Notes: generated by a model not told the origin, from the letters alone. DNA of 64,000 bases from Eledone cirrhosa (GCA_964016885.1 OZ024747.1:79422001-79486000); one strand, 5' to 3'; shown: positions 13,128-26,700, numbered from the stretch's first letter. Made by a program: numbers and translations.

Positions 13128-14098
13128 GTCAGGTTCTGCAACTGCCACAGTTGGAAAAGGAAATGATTCCATCTTTGATGATCTTTTATCAAACTCTTCA
13201 GGATTAAACTTCGTACAAAATACTGAGCCAACTTCATCCATACATCCACAGGATTCTCTTTCTCAATTAACTCCTTTCTCCACTGCATTGTGTATTTTCA
13301 ATGATTTCATTATTGTCTGTTCTGTTGCTAATGATGTGTGCACTGTAAACATATATCGAAAAGAGGATACATCTTCTGTCTCTGAAAAAAATGTCACCAG
13401 TACCTTGGTGGTACCATACTTCAGTAAATATGTCCCTATGCAAAACTATGACAGTCAGTCATGTGGAAAGTACATGAATCTTTATTTAATTACATCTTCT
13501 GACAATTCTTTAGTTCACTGCTCCCAAACCATCCAACTTCCATCCATGGTTTTCAGTTCGTTGTTTGGTGCAGAGGCCAGTATATTACATTCAGCTGTGA
13601 TATTATTAACTATGCCATCTGGGTGTGTTTACCATTTCCCTCTTAAACAGTGGACACCTCAATACAATTCCGTGGGTTGCAGCCTGTCTATCCTCTGTAA
13701 TCTGAATGCTCCAGTTGTCAAAGTATGTTTTATTCATCTCCAGAAACAATTTGACAGTGACCCACAAACTGAAACCCTATCTAATTCCCAACTGGTTGCA
13801 CCTACCAGAGAATTCCATTATTTTCCATGCTTACTTCTGGCTGCTAAGAATGGCAAATGTTTTGTATTTTCTTCACCAAATAATTTCAATAATCAACTCA
13901 GAGTACTAGAGACCATTAATTTGGAAGATTGTCCAATATCAGACTGTTGTTTGGGAATCAAACCACACCAGTTAATCTACACAACAAAGAGAAAGATTAT
14001 ACAACTTCATTTTGTTTATAATGAATCCATTAGACAAATCCACAAACAGATTTCATCTTTGTCTAGAATTTCTACCTTGGCAACTCTTCAACTAAAAG
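13128..14098 (+). CDS. FAAP100: FAAP100-like exon 3
   Basis: Open frame containing FSSLFGAEASILHSAVILLTMPSGCV, similar to the FAAP100 signature FGLLFGADATLLQSPVILCGLPDGQL; AG/GT borders. Confidence 0.85.
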
Positions 14099-14200
14099 GT
14101 GGGGTTTATATATTTTTTTTTATATTATATTTATTTCTCCGATGTTTATGCTGTGAATCCCGATTAGATATATACATGTGTGTTTTTATATTTTTTTTAG

Positions 14201-15076
14201 ATGACAACACGTTGCTATGTTTATCCACACATGGCCAATTCCACAAGCTATCTATATCTGAAGAAGGATTTAAGATGAACACAAAATTGAAACAAGAAGA
14301 GGAATCTATTCCACAGCTTTTTGCTCAAATGGAAAACATGAGTAAAAAGATTACAATAGCTTCAGAAATGTTGGAAGCTCAGTCCCATATAATTTCTCAG
14401 TTGGTTGTTGGCAGTCACATTATGTGGAGACAGTTTGTGTCTAGCAATATCCAGTGTAAACTGACTGTTGACAAAGACAGCTATGGAAAAACAATCCTTC
14501 AATGTGTGCTGACTAATGGCAAGCTAACTTTCTCGTCTGACTGGTCATTTCTCATTGAAGCTACAACTAAACAAAAATGTCAACAAGGAAGTCACACAGC
14601 GTGTCACACTTTTAAAACTTTATCTCTTGCCAATGGTTTAAAGCCTGAGGAATCTGCCAAGATTGACTTTACATTGGATATCTTGGCACCATCAGACACT
14701 AGAATTTGCATTTCTGCTTGGCTTGTATTCAACTTAAAATCTGGTATGTTTTATTTAGATTCTCCAAATGAAACTTCTAAAAGTTTAAAAACCCAACTCT
14801 CTAAGGGATTGGCTATTCCTATTTATAAAGGAAACACTGATTTCTTATCTTTTATTTTACCTTCAGAAAGGAAAGAATATAAGATCCATTCCATTTCAGA
14901 GATAAATGTTCCTTCTTTAACTTCAATTGTACAAAAAATTGCCTGTGATAAACCAATCTATAAAACTTTTTCTGACCTCCACAAAGATCTTTCTACTGAA
15001 TCAGAACAGATGTTAACTTATACAATTGACATTCCTCCTTCTCTTCAAACTTTCCTGTTTAGTCATAGCTGTACAG
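14201..15076 (+). CDS. FAAP100: FAAP100-like exon 4
   Basis: T-rich AG acceptor, GTAAAT donor; coiled-coil segment followed by LQCVLTNGKLTFSSDWSFLIE, similar to FAAP100 CVLENSS..LDQGWTLCIQ. Confidence 0.85.
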
Positions 15077-15947
15077 GTAAATATTCAAATTCCATTTTAA
15101 TTTAATTTTATTCATTTTGTATAATTTGATCATTTTTCTTACTAAGCATGTATCTGTTATATTTTTACCATTAGAGGTTTTTATTTGTTTTGGTACTGTT
15201 TAACTCTTTCATTAACATATTTCTAATCTAAAATATTGCCTCTGATTTTCTGTTAATTTTGAAAATAATTGAAAATTTGGATGGATTTAGTAATATAACT
15301 AACTTTCTCATTATTAAATTGGTGCTCAAAGCATGACTTAACAAATGTTCTTGCATAAAATTATGATGGCAGGCTTTTAGATAATTATAGACATTTTAAA
15401 ACAAAGTTATTTTATTGTCAAACCAGTGGCGGTTTCAGGTGGGTTGGTATCAAAATATGACAGAAACCTGTAATTTAGTGGTTCCTTAAGAAGCTATGAA
15501 TGGCTTGTGAGAACCAACAATCTGATATAACTAATCTCATCACTTCCTCTGTCCCGAGTACATTCTAGTGTCAACACAGTAGTTTTTCCATCAGCAGTCA
15601 TTGTTCAATTACATCTCATGATTATATCAGTGCATCTAATGTTGCTCTTCAACATTTAACTTTTGTTTTTTTTCTTATACCAAGCAACACTTTATGTATA
15701 ACCTTTTAATTCTTAATGTATGTACCACATGAAATCACATTAATAAGACATTCTTGAAAAGTACAAAACAGCACCATGACTATCACATTAAATATTAACC
15801 TCTTTACTCTAACACTGCAAATTTTGACAACAATCTGTCTACTAGCAAAGATACTATAAACATTTGAATGAACAAACCTGTTTTTAGATATTTTCTACTA
15901 AATCATTACAGGATGTTAATAGTTAATCCTAATTTCTATTCTGAAAG

Positions 15948-16177
15948 ATCCAAACCACCAATCATGTCTTCTCAAAGATTTATTGTCTAAGATGAAAGTA
16001 GTGATGCCATGTGATGTGATCGGATCAGAGTCATCAATAACTCTCAGGTCATCTGATTGTGGAGATCTGGTTATTACTGTTCATCAGCAAGATGATGCTA
16101 AATACACCCTGGAAATCCAAGCTGCCAACCAAGTAGCCATTGCTGAAGCTGTCCAGACCATCTTACTTCGACTTAAG
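15948..16177 (+). CDS. FAAP100: FAAP100-like exon 5
   Basis: Phase-consistent; LEIQAANQVAIAEAVQTILLRLK resembles IQVESSSLADICRAHHAVVGRMQ; GTAGGA donor. Confidence 0.8.
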
Positions 16178-16676
16178 GTAGGAAACGTAACATTTGGGTC
16201 TGTAGAAAATTAGAAGAAAGACTAATCAAAGCCCACCCCCACATCTCTCTCTATGCTTGTTAGTACTACAAAAGACATTTCTTTAATCATTTTATTACCA
16301 TATTTCTAATGACATATACTTCCCATGATTTTCAGTTAATTTATAAAATAATTAAATATTTGTCCTTTTTGTTAATATGTTTAGAACATAACTTAAGAAA
16401 TGTTCTTACATAAATTATAATTGATGGTTTAAATTTAAATATGAACACTTTAAAATAAATGTGTTTGTGTCAAAGAAACAGGGACAGTTTCAGGTGCGTT
16501 GATATCAAAAGGGGTTTGAAATAATCTCAAATGTTTTTATTAATTACCTACCATCTGTAATGTTAGTATGAAATTGTCTTGGTGGTTTCTCTGCTGTGTG
16601 TATCTTGACTGTTATATATATAACACTTGGTTTCTTTTATTTTGATTCTTTGCTCTTATATTTGTTGTTTCAACAG

Positions 16677-16739
16677 AAATTGTTACCTGACAAACTTGCT
16701 GTCATATTGGATTGTTCCAAGTTTCTTCATGAGTCAGAG
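16677..16739 (+). CDS. FAAP100: FAAP100-like exon 6
   Basis: CAACAG acceptor, GTGAGT donor, 63 nt, phase 0/0. Confidence 0.75.
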
Positions 16740-16973
16740 GTGAGTTTGATATTTTTGTTGTTACTACATAACTCCATGAACCTTAAACATTTCTTGGAGC
16801 TTGTCATACATTCTAGATATTACCTCTATACCACAATGGATCTATAGCTAGTGTCTTCTCTTCATTACTTAACATCAGGTAAGTCATGAGATTGAACCAT
16901 CAGTGCACTGCTTAATAATTCTATTGACAAGACTATACAAACATCAAAACAGACATACACACACTCATATATA

Positions 16974-17050
16974 CAGGGTGTGGCAGAAAAACCTCACATA
17001 TTTTACACAGCCAACTCTTAAAATGTGGGAGGTATTTTTGCTGCACCCTG
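16974..17050. mobile_element. 77-bp Tc1/mariner-like MITE
   Basis: TA|CAGGGTG...CACCCTG|TA with imperfect internal inverted repeats. Confidence 0.7.
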
Positions 17051-17102
17051 TATATACTTTCCAGTTCACAACATTCTGAGGTGTCTTTGTTTTCCCATTC
17101 AG

Positions 17103-17246
17103 ATAATTAAAGAAGAATTGAAATCAATCCAAGAAGATGTGGACAAGATAAAAATACTCGATAACAACATTATGACCCGGCTGTTGTATGCCTGCCTAAA
17201 GTTAAGGAATCTTGATTTCATGATAACATCAGATTTGTATTCCTAA
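17103..17246 (+). CDS. FAAP100: FAAP100-like terminal exon 7
   Basis: TTCAG acceptor; RLLYACLKLRN resembles the FAAP100 C-terminal RLLQVYRQLRH; stop TAA. Spliced CDS 2514 nt, about 837 aa. Confidence 0.8.
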   Translation: MIKEELKSIQEDVDKIKILDNNIMTRLLYACLKLRNLDFMITSDLYS

Positions 17247-17624
17247 CAAATTTTAACCTTTAACACTATAGACATTTTTTGTAATTTGCTTCCGTTGACA
17301 CTATATACTCTATCAGCGCCTTATGTCGCCTAGAGCATGCTAAAGGTTAATGAGTATGAAAAAAGGAATTAAGTTCTAGGAAGCCACTTCAATGCAAAAG
17401 GAACTATAAGTATTTATTTGTTTTGTTTTTTATAGTTGGATGTCTGTCCTTATTTCTAACCTCTTCAGTTATGAAGTGGTTATGGCGTCTAATTTTCCTC
17501 AGATATACTGGAGCAAGCAAATGTATAGACATTGTTGCTCTAAAGTTTAAAATATTATTTGGAAAAATATACAAATTTATAATCAGTAGACTAGTTAAGT
17601 TCTCCACCATTGTGTTTCATATAG

Positions 17625-17655
<31 letters not shown>

Positions 17656-17671
17656 TATATATATCATTATA

Positions 17672-17860
17672 AGGGCGGTGGATTGGCAGTATCGGTAGAG
17701 GGTCGGACGCCATGCTTTGCAGCATAGTTACGTCCCTTTACGGACTGAGTTCAAATCCTGCCGAGGTTAACTTTGCCTTTCATCCTTACGGGGTCGATAA
17801 AATAAAGTACCAGTAATGCACTGGGTAATTGCTGGCCTTGTGCCTAAAGTAGAAACAATT
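17672..17860 (+). mobile_element. SINE family A
   Basis: Near-consensus full-length copy. Confidence 0.88.
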
Positions 17861-18583
17861 ATATATATATCATCATCATCATCACCATTTAACGTCCATT
17901 TTTCGATGCTAGCATGGATTAGACAAGTTGTTCTGTTGTGAGACAAGCCAGGTCAGGACACCTTGTCTTGCTCATACTGAACTAATTTTGGCTTGGTTTC
18001 TATGGCTGGATTCCCTTCCTAACACCAACCACATTTACAGAGTGAACTGAGTGCTTATTATCATGGCACCTACATGACCACTTTACAGTGTGGACTGCGG
18101 GCTGCTGTGGGGGAGGTGCATGGGAATTTGACAGGTAGTTCTAGGATGGGGCACTTATCTGGTGGGAGGGGGAGGTAAGGGAAAGAGGTGCATACTAGAT
18201 GTATGCTTCAACCTGTGTCAATACCTTTAGAGGTCAGTGCAGTTATCTGGAACAATGATAATGTTTCTTGAAGTAAGATCAGCAGAAAGTTGTCTTAAAA
18301 TATTCCACTAGCTGAATGTCATTAGTGAAGTGCTGCTCAGTTGGAAAACATAGGACATTAAAGAATTTTGAAGCACATTTGAGTATTTCTTCAGAATAAC
18401 CCCACACCTGTACTGTTGGTCACACAACAGTACTGTTGGCCACACACCTATGCTGTTGGGACACCCTTTTGCTGTCAGATGTCATTTTCTGGTTGATCAA
18501 TGAATGTCTAATGTCTGATATGAGAATATTGTTGTTGTTGTAAAGTCTCAGCTGTTGCCTGTTTATTGATAAGATATTTAGTT

Positions 18584-18800
18584 TTAGCCCTTTCACATTT
18601 ACATTACTCTATATTTACTATTGTATTTTTATGGTAAAGGCTTTACCTCACATAATATCAAAGCTATGAGATTTTGATGATATTTATTTTAAGAACAATA
18701 CCTTAACATTAGTATGAGTGGCCTGTTACAACCAGTTTGAAAAGAAAGAGGTGAGAGAATTCTGGCCGGATACAGCTGGTTTAAATGCTAAAGGGTTTAA
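18584..18800. mobile_element. piggyBac-like MITE, degenerate copy of the 30008 family
   Basis: CCCTTT...AAAGGG termini; internal sequence matches 30008..30203 and 53225..53417. Confidence 0.7.
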
Positions 18801-19604
18801 CTCAACACAACTGTTTGTGTTATTTTTTGTACAATTGTTCGTATATTTATTGTTTGTTTATTTATTTATTTTACTACACTTTTTTTAGCTTCAGTTTCCA
18901 TTAATTTGCATGTTATGTTACATGGTGAACTAGTAAAGATAATATAAACATTTGAAAACCATATGAAACCATATTAGCAAGACATTCTTGAAAAGTACAA
19001 AGCAGCACTTTAACTGCAAATTTACACAACAAATTGTTAACTAGTAAAGATGCTATAAACACATGAGTTAACAAACCTCTACAAACTGCACTATGACTGC
19101 ATCACATTAAAAGTCTTAACTTTAATACAGCAAATTTTCACAATTTGTCCACTATAAACATTTAAATTAACTGCAGTTAATTTAAATGTTTATAAAATCT
19201 AAAGCCTTTACTCTCATACTGCATGTATAAATGTTTATAAAATCTAAAGCCTTTATTCTCATACTGCAAATTTACACAACAATCTGTCTTCTAATAAAGA
19301 TACTATATGCATTTTATTAACAAATCTGTTTTTAGATATTTTCATTTTCTTGTAAATCGTTACAAGATGTTACGGGTAAAGTATGGCTGTGGCTTCTGTT
19401 TTACATATTCAGATGTTGGATTACTTTTTGGATCAATTAATGTGATAACAAAACTAGCTCAAAGATCAATATACTTCAATGGTCTGTGTATCACTGGGAA
19501 ATCTTTATCATTACTGATCAAAATGGTGTATCAGAGCCTTAACGATTGTTTCAATTGTGATGTCAGAGAAATAGTTTCAGACCATCAAGTAAATCTGTTG
19601 ATGA

Positions 19605-19790
19605 TGGGACTATTTGAGGGTCATCTACCAATGATGTCACTGGCTGAAGGTCATCTACCAATGGTGGGGATCTTGGCTTGAAGGTCATCTACCGATGATG
19701 ACACTGGCTGAAAGTCATCTACCAATAGTGGCACTGGCTCAAAGTCATCTACCATTGATGGTGTTGCTTCAGGTTTAACCACCAATGATG
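19605..19790. repeat. ~30-bp tandem repeat (GGTCATCTACCAATGATGTCACTGGCTGAA), about 6 degenerate units
   Basis: Seen directly. Confidence 0.85.
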
Positions 19791-22700
19791 TTTAAAGTAT
19801 CTTCACTAATAGATGGATGTTTTTGTGAAAAATTGCAGTATTAGAGTTAGTGATTGGTGTTAGGAAGGGCATCCGACTTTAGAAAACAAGTAAAATATAA
19901 AGTGTATGAGCAAGATGTGGTCACTTGACCGGTCTAACCTATGTAAGAATGGAAACAAAGACGACAATGATGATGATGGTGATGATGGCGGTAGTGATGG
20001 CAATGGTGGTGGTGGTGATGGTGCAGTCATTGTGCTGTTTTGTACTTTTCAAGAATGTTTTGTTAATATAGTTTCATGTGGTATAACACATTAAAAGTTA
20101 ATATCTTTAGTAGTTATAAAAATAAAATGATAATAAACTATATTAGATTAAAGTGAACATTTATATTTCTTTATTGGCTGAGATTGGGACTGTGTTCTTT
20201 ATTCATTTATATTTTACTATGAATAAAAATGGAGAAGCTGTTGTTTTTATAGAAAGAAATGATTAATGAATGAATTATGTCTATAAATGGCCAGAAATAT
20301 TTGAAGTCATGGCAACAGAAATCCTGAACTGCAACACATAAGAAATGTCAGAGAATAATTATAGATGTATTTAACTCTAAGAGGCCATAGAGTTTAACGC
20401 ACTGTTAGCAAATTATTACACAAATGGGTGTAATTATATTACACTTACATAAATGAAATCAGGATATAAAACATGTCTGAGTGGTTAAGTTTGTTTCATA
20501 ATCATGAGGTCTTGGGTTTGATTAAGTAGATTCTGGCAATCCAGAAGTATTCTGTAAATAAATTTCCCAATACCTATTGATTATTATCATTTTTATTGTT
20601 AGTGGCTTTGCTTCCTAGAACCAAATCCAGTTAAGATTACATGGATAAATGAAATCAAATTTTTTAAAAATATATAATTTACAGCTCCCATTTATGGCTC
20701 CCTATAAGGTTGCATCTCATACGAGGTTGTGTGCAGGTGTTTTAATGATAGAGGCCTCAATGCTGTTGTTACAACTCTCACCTATATAAGTTCAACTGGC
20801 CTCCTATAGTTTTCTCATAAGAGGTTCCCTATGATAGGGGCCACAGTCTTATTACAGCTCTCACCCACAAGTTTTAAGGTGGAAAAAGACGACACAAAAA
20901 CAAAATCACAAGAATATTTCAACTATTTTAACCTTTTCATTACCATATTTCTAATGAAAGACAGTGATTAATGTTTATTATTTTTTTTATTATTTGTAAG
21001 GATTTTATAATATATGACATCATTATGTCTATAAAAAAAATCTTAGAAATCTGGTTAGGATGGTCCAAGCTGGATTGCTTTTATTTTAAGTCTGCTGAAT
21101 CAGAGCTGGCCTGAGGCTAAACAACAACCTACAATGTACATGACAAGTGTTAGTAGATAACCTGTTTCATGAAATAAATTAGAATGATTCACTTAGTATG
21201 TCAACAAACCAGACAGAACTCTAAATAAGTCCAAGTAGTGAAAGTTCGTTTACATACATATAGTGCATGTATGTATATATATATGCACACACATGCACAC
21301 ACCCAGAATACATAATAGACACATGTAGATTAATATGAGAATTATTTAATAGCTATAATAAATTTTATTTATTCTTATCAAAAGACATGTTCAATCGTGT
21401 CTGCAGACGACTTAGTCCAGGGATTATAGAGACAGTTCTAGATATAGCAACACCTACCCAGATGTCTAAACAGCCATTAAACCAACAATCATCATCATAT
21501 GTTCAGTTTTCCATGCTGGCATAGGTTAGATGAGATTTTAGATACTATTTAAAAAAAGCATCTTTCCACTCAGACATAATGTGCTGGAATAAAATGTGAT
21601 TAAGAGATGCAGAGAATATTTGGATATGTAGAGAGAGGGAATAAGAAAAATATAGACTTTAGCTGGAAACTAATGTGTGCGTGTGTGTTAGACCTCTGTC
21701 GGTTTTAGCAATGAGTATTTCATTTGAACAGCCTACTCATGAAATTAATATGCAAGTGGTTGAGCATTCCTCAGACATGTGTACCCTTAATGTAATTCTC
21801 AGGGAAATTCAGCTTGATACAATGTGTAAAATGGTTGGCTCTCTAAACAAGAAGTAAATTGACGAGTTGTAGTGCACCTGAGCACTTTACACAATAATTT
21901 CATTATTATTATTTATAAAACCCATTTTTTATCAGCTGAATGACCTGGAGCAACAGGAAATAAAATGCCTTGCTCAAGGACTTAACTTGCCACAAGGAAT
22001 TGAACTCTTGACCTTACAATTGTGACACAAACATCCCTAACAACCAAGCCACAATTGTCATCCCCAAACTTCTAGCAGAAAATATCTAAAAAAAAAAAAG
22101 TTTGTTAATTTAACTGTTTGTATATTACTAGTAGACTGACTGTTCTGAAAATTTGCAGTATTAGAGTAAAAACTTCAATTTTTAATGTGATGCAGTCATA
22201 GTGCAATTATTCAATTATTTATAGTGGATATTATTGTGAAATTTTGCAGTATTAGAGTTAAGATTTTAATTCTTAATGTGATGCAGTCAAAATATTGTTT
22301 TGTACTCAAGAATATTTTGTTAATGTGGTTTCATATAAGAATTAAAGGACAACAAACACAGAATAAGGAAAAGCAGCAAATTCATTGAGAAGAGCAGTGT
22401 TTATTGTTTTTGTAATGGCAGTTCTATATATTTAAATGTATATCTTTCTTTTCATTTTTTTTAAACACCAACAAATGTTGACCTGAAAACAAATTTTAAT
22501 ATACTTCCATACAACATTATTATAATTATTTAAAAATAAAAACAATTAGATAACAAAAATCAATGGAATCATATTTAGAGTTGTTGGAAAAGAAATATGA
22601 AGTTGTGATGGCTATGTTTTTACCCCAGGGAGCATTTGCAATATATAAGTTCAGTGGTTTTGATCCTTCAACAATTTACCATCACACCATTCATAATAAT

Positions 22701-24094
22701 AATGATTTTTTTTTTTTCAATTTAGGCACAAAGCCAACAATTTGGGGGAAGGGAAGAGATAGTCAATTAAATCAGCCCTAGTACTTGACTGGTACTTTAT
22801 TTTATCGTCCCTGGAAGAATGAAAGGCAAAGTTGAACTCAGACTGTAAAGGGATGTAACTAAATACTGCAAAGCATTTTGTTCAACATTAACAATTCTGT
22901 CAATGTACTGCCCTATTCATAATAATAATTACAAATTCTGAGAGTAAAACATGCAGCTCAAGATTTTCAAATTAAATGACGTTATAATATAAGGATGTTT
23001 TCCCAGGGAATATGGTTGGTTAGCTCCAGCTGGTATTTAAAACCAGACATCAGAAAATAAAAGTTTAGAATTTATTTATTTACAATTAAAAGTCAGCAAG
23101 CTAGCAGAAACTTTCATAAAATGTTGAACTAAAACACCTTAAAATATTTAGTTTAATCTATCTATGATCAATAAAATATATACCAGTAATATCATATCAT
23201 ATATATATATAATTCAGATTCTTAAAGCCTGATGGAATTGTAAGGGCAGTGCTGTGATATACTGTACACCAGTCTTTTATATCTGTTGCAGTTGCATGCC
23301 AGGTCTCCACTAAGGATCTGCCTATCCATCTTTTTCTTTATCTTCCTCTTCTCACCTTTTCCACAGTTCCTTGCATTCAAGGCTACAAGCTCTTGTTACA
23401 TGGCTATACCATCACATCTTTTATTTACTATTGTGGGAAGGAAAGCGAGGACAATGTGATGTTGTATTGTTTTGCAGACCTACACATTTCTGATATGCTC
23501 TAAGTATTAGACACCAGGAGGTTGATTATATCTACTACCCTGCAAAAATCAACCCTATACCTGTTTCAAAATTCAGTATTTATTATACATTTTATAAGGA
23601 TAGAATCAATTTTTGAGAATGAACCTATGTGAAATTGTACAATTCTTTTCCTTCCCAAAGCCAATAACAATATATAGAATACAGTTACAACAAATTACAA
23701 TTTCTTTTTTTCAACCTTCTCAGTGTATTACTGGTACTTATATTACTGACCATGGAAAGATGAAAGACAATGTCCTTGGCAAGATTTGAACCCAGTATTT
23801 TTAACTATTATCTCTCTCTCTAACACTTTAATAATAATAATTTCTCACTGACACAAATTTGTAGGGGAAGGAATATATTTCAGTATGTGACCAACTGGTA
23901 ATTTTAATGACCCTGGAGAGCAAAAAAAAAATCAACCCAGTACAATTTGAACTCAGCATATGGGAAGACAGAACTAAATACTGTTAACTATTCACCGCCC
24001 TATTAATATTAGTGTTTTTTTTACATTGGCACAAAGGGAAGGAGTAAAGTCAAATTTAATTGACTCACAGTATATGACTGGTACATATTTTGTC

Positions 24095-24966
24095 AGTCTC
24101 GTATATCCGATTTCTATACGATAAAAAAGCGTACCAAAGAACACAAGACTTTACTAACGTCTGGGTGAGCAAACAAAATGAAAACTTTCTACTAGCATTA
24201 GCTCAGCCGATGTACAAAAACATCCTCAAAAAAGTAGCAGAAGTAAGCAAGGTGAAAACACTAAACACACCTTTCAAACAGAAATTTCTCGACAATGATT
24301 GGGACTACTACATTAATATAGACAACATAAAAATACATGAGCATGAGAGTGTTTAAGAAAAAATTAGAAATCCAAAGTATAGACATTCAAGAATTTGTCC
24401 AAGACTTATGGGACCTATTAAACCAAACTTGGCCGAAGAAAAATACCTTTGTCATGGAAGGTGTACCCAACAGTGGAAAGTCCTTTATTACTAAATCGAT
24501 AGCTAAACTATTCAGATATACCAGCACAATACACGGAACCTCGTCATTTCCTTTTATGGACGCAGTTAACTGCGAGATTATTATTTTCGAAGAACCAAAC
24601 ATGATGCTGGAAAGCTTCATCCATTTAAAAAATTTTCCGAAGGAACAGACTGCTCAGTGGAGGTTAAATATAAACCTTCAGCTAAAATAACCAGGATGCC
24701 AATCATCATAACTTCAAACTCTCCTTTCGATAGAAATGCGAGAAAGAAGCTTTTAAAAGCACTGATTAAGTACATGTTCAGACATGAATCACACTTTCTC
24801 AAATCAACTCAACTACAATTGGATCCTAACATTTGGAAGCAATTGTTCAATGAATACGTAACCGAGTTAAGTTTACAACACAAAATATCAGACGACGAAC
24901 TAAATATAAATGAGGTGCGTGATGCATTAGAAATGCCAATAACAAAGAGACCTGAAAACAACGAAC
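24095..24966 (+). pseudogene. NS1: Endogenous parvoviral element: NS1 SF3 helicase fragment with two frameshifts
   Basis: Walker A PKKNTFVMEGVPNSGKSF, Walker B IIIFEEP, B' FKKFSEG...VEVKYK and motif C PIIITSN, spread over three overlapping frames. Confidence 0.88.
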
Positions 24967-25639
24967 AAGGATGAAAGGCAAAGTTGACTCTGGCAGGATT
25001 TGATGATGATAATAATAATAAGTTTTTAATTTAGACACAGAGCCAACAATTTTAGAGAAAGTCGATCCTATCAACTGGTACTTCATTTTATCAACCCCCG
25101 GAAGGATGAAAGGCAAAGTTGACATTGGCAGGATTTGAACTCAGAAAGAAAAAGCTGTAACTAAATACAAGGTATTTTGTCTGATGCTCTAATGATTCCA
25201 CCAATCAACCATGCTAGTAATAACAATAATCGTTTCAAGGAGTATGAAGCCCCCAGGTTTGAAACAGAAGGGGAAATAAGAAGTGGAGACCTACATGCTT
25301 TTCCCTTGAGTATTAGCATTATTAAAGTTATATTTGCAGTGAGTCACAATGTTATTTTGATGAAAACCTACCATCAATAATAAATACATTTTTTTCTAAT
25401 TTTGGCACAAGACCAGCAATTTGGAATGAGGTGGGGAGTCAATCCAGTATTTGTCTGATACTTTGTCGGACCCGGAAGGATGGAAAGTAAAATTGACCTT
25501 GGTGGGATTTAAACTCAGAACTAGATAGCACAAGACATTTTGCTCAACTCTCTAATTCTACCAATTTACCACCCTTACAAATAATTTTACTATAATGTCA
25601 CAAAAGCTAGTTGTAGAGGACAATGTCGAGTTGACTGAA

Positions 25640-26700
25640 CCAACCACAGCCGAAAAGAGGTAGTCATGGTTCTAGGACAGCATTCTTCACCATATGAGAT
25701 GTCATCTAGTGTACCACAGAGATCTGTTCTTGGTCCCCTTTTGTTTGTTGCATACATTAATGACATAGATGCCAACTTAAAGAATGCCACAGTACTGAAA
25801 TATGCAGATGACATCAAGCTGTACCTTGAAATCAAAAGGACAGATCCTGAAATCTATAACTCTTTCCTACAATCAGACCTGGACACAATGCAGCAATGGA
25901 TCACAGACTGGCAACTGAAGCTGGCTGTGGACAAGTGTACCACCATGCATTTTGGGAGGAAAAATCCAGCATCCACATACTCCCTCCACAACACTGATAT
26001 CAAGAAGTCCTCTTGTGAACATGACCTAGGCATTACTGTCAGCAACGATTTGCATTGGACAAAGCACATCTCTAAAACTGTCAAGGCATCACTCAGCAAG
26101 ACCTTTATTAGCCACTCTCCAGCCATCTATTTAAAGCTGTATACAGCTGTGGTTTGACCACACTTGGAATTCGCATCATCAGTCTGGAACCCCTATCTTG
26201 CTCAGAACATTGACCTCCTGGAAACTGTTCAGAGACGTGCAACCAAGCGCATACCCCCCATACTCTGAACGCCTTGCTTCCCTGGGCATGGATTCATTGA
26301 AGCTCCATCTGGCAATGGACTTGGCAAACACCCACAGTTTTTAACCATGTCGCCAACAACAATCCTGAGCACCTTTTTGATCTCCATGTGTCTAACACAC
26401 ATGGACATGCCTATAAAGTCAGAAAACAGCATAGCTCCCACGACTTTCGGAAACATTTTATCATGCTTAGAGTTGCTGAAACATGGAACAAACTGCCTGC
26501 GTCAGTTGTTAGCTGCCGAGACACTGCATCCTTTAAAACACTGATGCTTCCCGAAATTCGCCAAAACTACACCTGATGTCTCCCTTCCATACACATGCAC
26601 ATATCATGACTCATGCTGTTCATTTTCCTGACGTTTGTACATTACATACACTTTTGATGAGTTGTAGTGCACCTGAGCACTGTACACAATATTTTCATTG
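25640..26700 (+). mobile_element. 5'-truncated CR1-like LINE (RT C-terminal region plus 3' UTR)
   Basis: SSVPQRSVLGPLLFVAYINDI...KYADDIKLY...WQLKLAVDKC...THGHAYK...RVAETWNKLP; stops and frameshifts; the 3' tail recurs elsewhere in the window. Confidence 0.92.

Noticed and set aside
13288-15105. 605-aa ORF as a complete gene
   Set aside because: It reads through a 102-nt intron and runs into the next intron; it corresponds to exons 3-4 of a 7-exon gene
17672-17765. tRNA gene
   Set aside because: The A/B boxes belong to a multicopy SINE head and there is no intact cloverleaf
19153-19194. 42-bp perfect AT-rich palindrome
   Set aside because: Looks like a local inversion within a repeated AT-rich family; no ribozyme core or tail motif
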